From Nitrospira japonica (GTDB lineage: Bacteria; Nitrospirota; Thermodesulfovibrionia; Thermodesulfovibrionales; SM23-35), in NCBI GenBank assembly GCA_020725385.1, contig DYFC01000034.1:64001-128000 (forward strand): a stretch of DNA of 64,000 bases, given 5' to 3'. The notes below the pieces were generated by a model. The model was not told the DNA's origin. It did not search any database and worked only from the letters and a program-made list of their open reading frames with translations. Positions within the stretch are counted from its first letter, which is position 1. Each line of letters opens with the position of its first letter. Below, one piece after another: positions 21,001 to 28,497 of the stretch. Position numbers and translations under genes: made by a program.

Positions 21001-22116
21001 ATTTTTATAAGTAATTTCAGTTGCAAGAGTATTTATATCGACACCGAATAGATTTCCATTTTTCATGTTTGCTTTTCCTCTGGCTAATATGTCATTAAGC
21101 CTTCCTGTTATCTGTCCTTCAAAATTCGTGAACCCCTCAACTTTTTCCTTAACTCTCAATATTTCCATGAGCGTCTGCAAATAGAATCCCCCGCTTAATT
21201 TCAAATCAAGCACGACATTATCAAGATTAATTTTGGTTTGTGAGGAATTTTTTTCGGTTAACATCCTGCCATGTTCATTTCCAATTAAATTGATATTCCC
21301 TTTAACAGATACACTACCTTCACCGCTTGTTTCAAGTTTGAGAAGTTTTTTAATTGATCTGACTATTAAAGAAATTTCTGTTGAAAAAGCTCCTTTGCCT
21401 TCAGAATAATAACCGGAACTCCTTATTTTTGAACCATATGCATCTATTTGAAGTTTCTTTATTTCTATCCGATCTTTTTTGAAATCCATAGCTGAAGATG
21501 TACTACATGATATTTCAGGCCAGCCTTCCTTCAGCAACTTAAGTTCTTTTGTTTTTGCATCAAGTTTCTGTATATCACCAATAATAAATTCACCGCTCAA
21601 GCCTTTTATTTCAGCTCTTGCATTAAGCATTTCATCGCTAAGGAATAAATCACCTTTGAAAACTTCGACAACTTTAATTTTTACCTTAAATGCTTCTTCT
21701 CTTTCTTTTTCAAGATAAGCTTTTACACGTTTTATTATCTCTTCTAATTTATTTTTAGACACACCAATGACCGGTCCTTCAATAACAAGCCTTCTTAGAA
21801 TTATTCTTTTGTTAAATATTTCTGAAAGAGATGCATAAGCTTTGACTTCCTTAGCTGAAAGAATAGTATTACCTGTCGGTTCTTTTATAATTAAATCTTT
21901 TGCAACAATATATAGTGGTAGAATATTTATAGAAAATTTTTTTGCTTCTAATTTTTGGCCTGTTGCGAGCTCAAGCTCAGGGACTATAATATTTTTTATA
22001 GTATCAGATATAAACTGGCTATGAAAAAGGATAGTCAATCCAAAAAAAATAAGGACAAATAGAAACAACAATCCTATTTTTAGACGATTATTTTTTTGTT
22101 CTTTGTTCTCGGGCAT
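18079..22116 (-). CDS. tamB: Translocation and assembly module TamB (DUF490)
   Basis: N-terminal anchor, long beta-rich body, LSSDPRLDEVDILALL and C-terminal GGDIKFRFEFK; adjacent to Omp85. Confidence 0.85.
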   Translation of the reverse strand: MPENKEQKNNRLKIGLLFLFVLIFFGLTILFHSQFISDTIKNIIVPELELATGQKLEAKKFSINILPLYIVAKDLIIKEPTGNTILSAKEVKAYASLSEIFNKRIILRRLVIEGPVIGVSKNKLEEIIKRVKAYLEKEREEAFKVKIKVVEVFKGDLFLSDEMLNARAEIKGLSGEFIIGDIQKLDAKTKELKLLKEGWPEISCSTSSAMDFKKDRIEIKKLQIDAYGSKIRSSGYYSEGKGAFSTEISLIVRSIKKLLKLETSGEGSVSVKGNINLIGNEHGRMLTEKNSSQTKINLDNVVLDLKLSGGFYLQTLMEILRVKEKVEGFTNFEGQITGRLNDILARGKANMKNGNLFGVDINTLATEITYKNGLMEFKNGNAHLYNGSALAEASIHLPVVDHFTLNIKFQDADSKPLLNLIGWDPGIPPGKADGELFSEGRYFNPIGNFIYRSHIQGQRTWVKDSSKPVDDVLYRIKSIKGAFSLNHDVLSLSNLLINTNLTNAELNGVLDIKAKTINLRAKLHSEDSSDLALPYYKEIKGIGDFSGDIKGTFDDPKISGKVVMTKSVIEEYPVLSIEAFINYQKNLLEVYEGVFKSENEQHSIKGKILFPEAQKLFDLSKPIYDISATIKNADFGKAVKIFYRDFDGTGKMNADIKLTGKGESPQVKGKGTVEKATVFKLPFDSGASKFEYSNHTFFLTDAIIRKGDSLIKAGASFSSGDKFTYNASSEKFYLKDATYGKAPENAVFSFESKGHGTFDNPDIFFLAKATGGTFRGKNIINGTLTASIKNRDISINGSLFNESLKIKGNGYFDEKLPWNAEITIQQGRYDFIASTFFKEIPEDLQLNLEGIIDLKGDRNNLSATANIEHFNLSLYGQTFTNDTPLHCSLNNKKFSIKMATIKSGASSFKLSGGFEIGKEYDLMFEGRSNLAPLKGLSRKIGYLKGDSEFKLSISGRWDDPEINGNMILKDTSFGLKDFPSYISSINGRLNIDEDRIVLESLSGKIGGGDVSLSGVVYLKGLSIKRYYIQASVDNVTTTYSKDFSVTFDGKLLCRGTSDSMNITGDVKIKKGRYKEMVEWRSWLLAVKPKETIRPEVSIFEKAQLNIRISGDENILIDNNIARTPVKIRGDMILKGSISSPVIFGRVESNEGYVYFRNNEFKIIFASVDFADPNRIKPIINLTAETLVKGYNIRLALEGQMDHFNLALSSDPRLDEVDILALLTVGQVGKQLKGLEGGIGAGEATSFITGKVQDVIEERLRSITGLDRFQVEPYVSTKTGTIGPQFTVSKRLIGDRLFVTYTNSIGASEEQIIKIEYLVGKNISLIGLRDERGSIGGDIKFRFEFK

Positions 22117-22437
22117 TTTAAATATAAGTCTTTCTGTATATCAGCCGAATTATAGACAGACAGAGAATATTTAATTAAATTAAGGCAGAAATCATGCAAA
22201 TCTATACTCCAGAAAACTGATGAATTAATAAGCATCTGTTGTCCCATCATATTTATCTAAACCAAATAATAATTTATTTTTTAGAATTTTTATATTTTAA
22301 CAATAACTTCATATGCTTGACTACTAATTCATTATCAAACCTTTGTGATTCGTTAACATAAAAATGCATTTAAAATAATGCAACTTTTGCAAATCCGTTA
22401 TCCATATAAAAATACGGATATAATGAACAATTCTAAC

Positions 22438-22489
22438 GTCATTGCCCGACTTGCCTGCCCGCTGTTTTTGTGGCGGGATCGGGGAAGCC
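22438..22489. repeat. GC-rich REP-like palindrome with nested hairpin
   Basis: GTCATTGCCCGACTTG[CCTGCCCGCTGTTTTTGTGGCGGG]ATCGGGGAAGCC in very AT-rich intergenic DNA; outer part resembles the reverse complement of 56441-56469. Confidence 0.55.
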
Positions 22490-22795
22490 GGTTTTGACGC
22501 TTTAATTCTTACAATTTAAGAAAATATCATAAATTCATATAATTATAAATAAATATATATTAATAAATAAAATAGCAATAGCAAATTTATTTCTTGACTT
22601 TCAATACCTTTCCCATATATATTGCTTTATATTTGAATTGTTATAAAGACATTAATTAATAATGTTTTGTTATATTTTTTTAAAGAGCATATTATGTAGC
22701 TTTTTTAAAGTTATTTTTATAAGCAGGAAGGGGGTGAATATTTCTTATATTTATAAGTTTATCTTATTGATTAATCAAATGAAGGAGGGTGACAA

Positions 22796-24058
22796 ATGGG
22801 TTTTTTAAGAAAGACTTATGATTTTTTCATGGCTGCTTCAATAGCTCATGCTAAATGGGATTATGAAGTATCCATGAATATCATTAGAAACCGGAAAAAA
22901 CTTCTTATTATCTTCATACTTCTCCTGCCTATTCTTGCTATTTCATGGATTAATGCAGCTGATATTATTGGTGGCAAGACAGCATATGCGCCTGCCCATT
23001 ATTCAAACCTAATCTTTGCTGTCTCGATTGCAGTTGGTCTTGCAGCAGGTCTGATTACAGGATGTATCGGTGCAGGTGGTGGTTTTATTATTACCCCTGC
23101 TTTAATGGCAGCTGGTGTTAAAGGTATTCTTGCTGTTGGAACAGATGTTTTCCATATATTTGCAAAAGCAATCATGGGAACGACTGTTCATAAAAAACTC
23201 GGAAATGTTTCTGTAAAACTTGCGATAGCTTTTTTAATTGGTTCAGGTGGTGGCACATTTATAGGCGGTGCAATAAATAAAGGTCTTTATAATAAAGATC
23301 CGCTCTTAAGCGAGGCTTTCATCAGTACTGTTTATGCAACTCTTCTGGGATTTCTTGGATTCTATGCCCTTGCAGATTTTATTAAATCAACGAGAAAATC
23401 ATCAGGAGGTGGTGGAGGAGGGCATGGACATGACGCTCATGGTGGTCCTTCGGGCATGACAAATCTTGCAATCAGTCTTCAAAAAATAAACATCCCGCCT
23501 ATGATAACTTTTGACGAAGACTTTGGCGGAAGAAGAATATCATGGCTGTTTGTAGCAATAGGCGGTGTTATTGTTGGAATGCTTGCAGCAATTATGGGAG
23601 TTGGTGGTGGTTTTGTAACATTTCCTATGTTTGTTTATATTTTTGGTGTTTCAACAGCAACAACAGTTGGAACAGATATTTTACAAATAATATTTACAGC
23701 AGGACTTGCATCAATAGCTCAGTATGCGATTTACGGTTATGTTTTCTATACACTCGCAATGGGAATGTTAATTAGTTCATTGATAGGAATTCAGGTTGGA
23801 GCACTTACAACAAAAGTTGTTAAAGGAATCCACATCAGGGGATTCTATGCAATGTCAATTATAGCCGGTTTTGTAAATAGAGCTTCTACATTGCCTAAGA
23901 AATTAACGGAACTCGAGTATATAAATATGAATAAGTCTCTTATTAACAACATTGAATTTGCAGGTAATATAGTTTTCTGGATTGTTGTAGGTTTCTTCGG
24001 GTTCTGGGTTTTAAGTAAATTTTTTGTGAACATTGGCAAATTAAGAGAGGAGGGCTAA
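22796..24058 (+). CDS. TauE/SafE (TSUP) family exporter
   Basis: GCIGAGGGFIITP, AVGTD, MGVGGGFVTFP, TVGTDILQ. Confidence 0.9.
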   Translation: MGFLRKTYDFFMAASIAHAKWDYEVSMNIIRNRKKLLIIFILLLPILAISWINAADIIGGKTAYAPAHYSNLIFAVSIAVGLAAGLITGCIGAGGGFIITPALMAAGVKGILAVGTDVFHIFAKAIMGTTVHKKLGNVSVKLAIAFLIGSGGGTFIGGAINKGLYNKDPLLSEAFISTVYATLLGFLGFYALADFIKSTRKSSGGGGGGHGHDAHGGPSGMTNLAISLQKINIPPMITFDEDFGGRRISWLFVAIGGVIVGMLAAIMGVGGGFVTFPMFVYIFGVSTATTVGTDILQIIFTAGLASIAQYAIYGYVFYTLAMGMLISSLIGIQVGALTTKVVKGIHIRGFYAMSIIAGFVNRASTLPKKLTELEYINMNKSLINNIEFAGNIVFWIVVGFFGFWVLSKFFVNIGKLREEG

Positions 24059-24059
24059 G

Positions 24060-24830
24060 ATGGCAGGTTCGGCAAAGAAACATATGGGTCTTGGAATAAT
24101 AATGGCCCTGTCTTTTTTTGTAATACTTTTTCTGATGTTTTCACCTATTTTCCCAAAGACTTCAGACGGGCAGCCCCAGAATGGTTTACAATGGGCTGAT
24201 GAGATGTTCAACCAGCTTGCAAAGGGTTCATCTTATTTTATACCGAAAGTTGCAAAAAGTAATGAAAAGTTCATGGGTAGAATGTTTACAGCTACGTTTA
24301 AAGTTGATAAACCAGAAGATAAACCCGGTGATGCCGAAAAAAGAGCTCAAAGAGCATCGCAACTTTTTATTGTTAATCCCGGAGCAAAAGTTGAAGTTAA
24401 TGGCGCTGAATTAAAAATCGAGGGAGACCTCGGCATGGTATTGAAAGCCGCTTTAGAGGATGCAGATGTAATGTTTAAGAATGAAGGAGATAAACTGAAA
24501 GCAAAATATGCAGCAGCAATGGGAACTGACGATGTTAAACAGATTTTCAGACAGTGGAACAATGTTCTTCCCAAAATCGACAAACTTTTCAAGAAAGAAG
24601 GAAAAATAGAGGAATCTAAAATTGTATCGGATGTTACCAAAAAAACAGTAGAAGCTGCATATAATTTCTACGGAGTACAGGCAGTGCAGGTTAAAGAAAA
24701 AGCAGGGCTGATGACATTTCTTCTCGTTTTTTACGTTATTTATACAATGTGGTGGGGCTTTGCGATATTTTACATATTCGAAGGTCTTGGGTTAAGCATG
24801 AAAAAAGCTAAAGAAAAGAAAGAAGTCTAA
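24060..24830 (+). CDS. Conserved membrane protein associated with TauE
   Basis: Two terminal TM segments, NGLQWADEMFNQLAKGSSYFIP, YTMWWGFAIFYIFEGLGL. Confidence 0.75.
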   Translation: MAGSAKKHMGLGIIMALSFFVILFLMFSPIFPKTSDGQPQNGLQWADEMFNQLAKGSSYFIPKVAKSNEKFMGRMFTATFKVDKPEDKPGDAEKRAQRASQLFIVNPGAKVEVNGAELKIEGDLGMVLKAALEDADVMFKNEGDKLKAKYAAAMGTDDVKQIFRQWNNVLPKIDKLFKKEGKIEESKIVSDVTKKTVEAAYNFYGVQAVQVKEKAGLMTFLLVFYVIYTMWWGFAIFYIFEGLGLSMKKAKEKKEV

Positions 24831-24841
24831 AGGAGGATAAA

Positions 24842-25276
24842 ATGAAGATACTCGTTCCTGTAGACGGTTCAAAATATTCAATGGAAGGCGTTAAAATTGC
24901 TCTTGATTATGCTAAGACAAAAAAAGCTGATATAACTCTGATGACAGTTACTCCTTTTATTTCAGGACTTGACCTTGAAATATCAGCAAAAGAAATTGAG
25001 AGCATAAATGAAACAATGAGACGCAATGGTGAAGATGTGCTTGATAAAGCAAAAAATATTTTGAGCGCTGAAGGTATAACTGCCAAAACAATACTATTAT
25101 CAGCTATTTCTGCAGCAGATGAAATTTTAAATACAGCTGAAAAGGAAAAGATAGACCTTATTATAATTGGAAATCGTGGACTTGGTGGAACTGCTACAAG
25201 ATTTCTAATGGGTAGTGTTGCATCCAAGGTTGCTACAAATGCGCCTTGCTCGGTCTATGTTGTAAAAACAGCCTGA
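24842..25276 (+). CDS. Universal stress protein
   Basis: ILVPVDGS, DLIIIGNRG, GSVASKV. Confidence 0.92.
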   Translation: MKILVPVDGSKYSMEGVKIALDYAKTKKADITLMTVTPFISGLDLEISAKEIESINETMRRNGEDVLDKAKNILSAEGITAKTILLSAISAADEILNTAEKEKIDLIIIGNRGLGGTATRFLMGSVASKVATNAPCSVYVVKTA

Positions 25277-25297
25277 TTTCAGCCCCTCTACTTTATT

Positions 25298-25327
25298 AAA
25301 GGGCCTCATCATAAGAGGCCCTTTTTT
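25298..25327 (+). terminator. Intrinsic terminator
   Basis: AAAGGGCCTC-N7-GAGGCCCTTT plus T-run after the USP gene. Confidence 0.85.
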
Positions 25328-25526
25328 GTTTTCTTTAACCAAAAAATGCAGTTTAAAAAGCTAACAAGCTATCAAATTCTTAAGAAAAAAGCTAAGAGCA
25401 AAAACACACCCCTCACCCCTCTTGATAGAGGGTAAGAGCTAATAAGCTAAATAATTAGAGCAATATCTGTATTATTTGGGTAAAATTAGATACAATAATC
25501 ATAAAAAAATAAAGGAGAAAACATTT

Positions 25527-26477
25527 ATGGAAAGAATGTGTCCGGTTCCAAGAATTCTTCTGCCAATTGATGGAAGTGAAAATTCTATAAGAGCTGTTCG
25601 TTTTGCAGGATATCTTACCTCAGCCTTGAAAAATGATCTTTTGCATATAACATTATTAAGGGTTATAACAGGAGGGTTCATAAGTCAGCATCTTTCTTAT
25701 ATTGATCTTATGGCTGATGTAGTTGGAGAAACTGACACATTCAAGAAAATAAAAGATGAACATATTGATAAGAATATCAAACCAGCATTGGAGCAAGCAG
25801 AGAAAATTTTTAAGGACATTGGTGCCAGAGTTGAAATTGAGAAAGTTGTCGCTGAGGGGGATGCTGCAAAGAAAATTGTAGAGATAGCAGATAAAAAACA
25901 CTGTTCAACAATTATTATGGCCAAGAGAGGGCTCTCGGAAATTAAAGGGTTCTTTCTTGGGAGTGTAACGAATAAGGTTATACATTCTGTTAAGAATCAG
26001 AGTATTTATATTGTTGGCCAGAGAATATTAGAAGATAGTGAATGTCCTTTACCTGATATTCTGATTCCAATTGATGGCTCTCAATATTCTTTGAAAGGTG
26101 TCGAACATGCTGTCTGTCTTGCATCCAGGATAGGTTCTGTCAAAAAAATAACGCTATTAAGAGTAATTAATCTTGCTGTAATTATGGAGCGTCTTCAGGG
26201 AGGAATGGAACCGATGGAGGAGGCAAACAAAATATTCGAAGAGGCTAAGAAAATTATTCTGAATACCGGAATATCCGAAAATGTTATACAGCCATTAATT
26301 AAAGTTGGGATTCCCGCTGAAGAAATACTCAAGGAGGCTGATAAAGGTAGTTATTCTTTGATAGTAATAGGTAGAAAAGGTCGTTCCGCAGTGAAAGATC
26401 TTGTACTTGGAAGTGTGAGTTCAGTTGTGATAGAGAGAAGTAAAAATCCAACAATTGTGATAGTAAGTAATGATTAA
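25527..26477 (+). CDS. Tandem-domain universal stress protein
   Basis: Two USP domains (ILLPIDGS..GSVTNKV; ILIPIDGS..GSVSSVV); ATG 25527 with AGGAG RBS. Confidence 0.9.
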   Translation: MERMCPVPRILLPIDGSENSIRAVRFAGYLTSALKNDLLHITLLRVITGGFISQHLSYIDLMADVVGETDTFKKIKDEHIDKNIKPALEQAEKIFKDIGARVEIEKVVAEGDAAKKIVEIADKKHCSTIIMAKRGLSEIKGFFLGSVTNKVIHSVKNQSIYIVGQRILEDSECPLPDILIPIDGSQYSLKGVEHAVCLASRIGSVKKITLLRVINLAVIMERLQGGMEPMEEANKIFEEAKKIILNTGISENVIQPLIKVGIPAEEILKEADKGSYSLIVIGRKGRSAVKDLVLGSVSSVVIERSKNPTIVIVSND

Positions 26478-26564
26478 CCTGAATAAGCCAATTAATAAGC
26501 CATTTTTAAGTTTAATAATTATTGATTTTAACTAATTAAATAATTTGTTATAATATAAAGCAAG

Positions 26565-26969
26565 ATGATTGGATGGAACCAGATATGGCTTGGTATAATT
26601 GCAATAGCTGTTGCAGTTACAGCAGGTTATATAATTTCACTTATAATTGAATTAAAAAAGACGATAAATTCTGTTAATGTTGTTCTAAAATCAATTGAAG
26701 AAAATCTCAATCCTGTTCTTGATGAATTACAGTTGACACTTAAAAGTCTGCGAAATATATCCGATGATGTTAATGAAGTTACTTCTGATGTAAAAGTGCT
26801 ATCTAAATCAGTTAAAGATATAGGAACTAATATAAGTCGTGCGAGCAGTTTTATTGGTACCGCTGCTTCGCTGGCTACGATAAGGGCTTCAGGATTGAAA
26901 GCAGGGTTAAAAACAGGATTGGGTTTTTTAATTAGTAATATTTTTTCGAGGATAGGAGGCAGAAAATGA
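26565..26969 (+). CDS. DUF948/YoxC-like protein
   Basis: N-terminal TM plus coiled coil, upstream of YtxH. Confidence 0.75.
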   Translation: MIGWNQIWLGIIAIAVAVTAGYIISLIIELKKTINSVNVVLKSIEENLNPVLDELQLTLKSLRNISDDVNEVTSDVKVLSKSVKDIGTNISRASSFIGTAASLATIRASGLKAGLKTGLGFLISNIFSRIGGRK

Positions 26970-27286
26970 GAGAAGAAGGTGGATATGGCGCAGGAAGTAT
27001 AATACTGTCCTTTTTGCTTGGAGGTGTAGTAGGCGCTGGAGTTGCATTACTTCTCGCACCTCAATCAGGCAGGGAAACAAGACAAAAAATAATGCAAATG
27101 ACAGAAGATGTTAAAGGAAAAGCCATGGATTATGTTGGTGATGTTAAAGAAAAAATTACAGGCAGCATTGATAAAGGTAAGGAATTCTTTGATGAAAAGA
27201 AATCAATTATTACATCAGCAATAGAAGCGGGTAAAGAAGCTTACGAAAGAGAAAAAGAGAGATTGTCCCGAGAAGAAAATGCATGA
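26966..27286 (+). CDS. YtxH domain protein
   Basis: FLLGGVVGAGVALLLAPQSGRETR. Confidence 0.88.
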   Translation: MREEGGYGAGSIILSFLLGGVVGAGVALLLAPQSGRETRQKIMQMTEDVKGKAMDYVGDVKEKITGSIDKGKEFFDEKKSIITSAIEAGKEAYEREKERLSREENA

Positions 27287-27623
27287 AGTTGGAATAGCTC
27301 AAGGGATTCTTGATATTGCACTTAATACATGTAAGAATAATAATTACACAAAAGTTGATTCAATAAAAGTTAGAATTGGTAAAGCTGCAGGAGTATTGCC
27401 TGATTCTTTAATTTTTGCTTTTGAGACAATGAAAATTGGCACAGAAGCTGAAAATGCCACTCTTATAATTGAAGAAGTTCCTGTAAGCGGTGTTTGTAAT
27501 AGTTGTAAAGAAAATTTTTCTGTTGATGATCCTTATATAATACAATGCCCAAATTGTGGAAACATATCATTACGTATCGATACGGGTCGTGAACTAAATG
27601 TATATGAGCTGGAGGTTTCTTAA
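27279..27623 (+). CDS. hypA: Hydrogenase nickel incorporation protein HypA
   Basis: MHE start, two CxxC pairs, GREL. Confidence 0.95.
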   Translation: MHEVGIAQGILDIALNTCKNNNYTKVDSIKVRIGKAAGVLPDSLIFAFETMKIGTEAENATLIIEEVPVSGVCNSCKENFSVDDPYIIQCPNCGNISLRIDTGRELNVYELEVS

Positions 27624-27626
27624 GTT

Positions 27627-28280
27627 ATGAAAGTTAAGGTTGTTACAAATATTCTCGAGGCAAATGACAGACTGGCTGCTGAAAACCAGAAAATATTTGA
27701 TGAACTCGGGGTCTTCGTAATAAATCTCATGAGCGGTCCCGGTGCTGGTAAAACTTCTGTGCTTGAAAGTACAATTAAAGAAGTAAATGGAAAAATAAAG
27801 ATCGGCGTAATAGAAGGTGACATAGCCGGTGATGATGATGCCCGCAGGATTGAAAGTCTAAATATACCTGTTGTGCAGATAAATACAGGAGGTGCCTGTC
27901 ATCTTGATGCAAACATGATCAGGGTTGTAATGAATGAGCTTCCTTTAAAAGATATTGATTTGCTTTTTATCGAAAATGTCGGAAATCTCGTTTGCCCTGC
28001 TGAATTCAATGTTGGTGAAGATATTAAAGTAATGCTATTAAGCATTGCAGAAGGTCATGATAAACCATTGAAATATCCTTTGATGTTTCAAACATCTTCT
28101 GCTTTAATTTTAAATAAAATAGATCTTTTGCCTTATACAAATGCAGATATTCAAAAGATAAAGAAAGATGCATTATCTCTTAATCCCGGGTTGAAGATTT
28201 TTGAGGTTTCATGCAAAACAGGAGAAGGTGTCTCTGAATGGGTTAAATGGTTGTATTCAATTGTTAATAATAAACCTTAG
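27627..28280 (+). CDS. hypB: Hydrogenase nickel incorporation GTPase HypB
   Basis: GPGAGKT, GGACHLDA, ENVGNLVCPA, KPLKYP, NKIDL. Confidence 0.96.
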   Translation: MKVKVVTNILEANDRLAAENQKIFDELGVFVINLMSGPGAGKTSVLESTIKEVNGKIKIGVIEGDIAGDDDARRIESLNIPVVQINTGGACHLDANMIRVVMNELPLKDIDLLFIENVGNLVCPAEFNVGEDIKVMLLSIAEGHDKPLKYPLMFQTSSALILNKIDLLPYTNADIQKIKKDALSLNPGLKIFEVSCKTGEGVSEWVKWLYSIVNNKP

Positions 28281-28306
28281 AGTCTGGAGCTAAGAATATA
28301 CTTTTT

Positions 28307-28340
28307 AAAGGGTTCAGATTTTTCAAACTGAACCCTTTTT
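28307..28340 (+). terminator. Intrinsic terminator
   Basis: AAAGGGTTCAG...CTGAACCCTTT plus T-run after hypB. Confidence 0.75.
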
Positions 28341-28497
28341 ATTGCCTTAAATAAAAAAGTTTCAACCCGTGTAAACCATATAAAATGTGTAAACCGTTAA
28401 ATTGTTTAAGTCGTTTGAACAACTCTTTGCTCTTCGCTATCTGGCATTTTAGCTTTTTTATCTGCATTTTTTGGGTAAGATTAAGTTATCATTAAAT

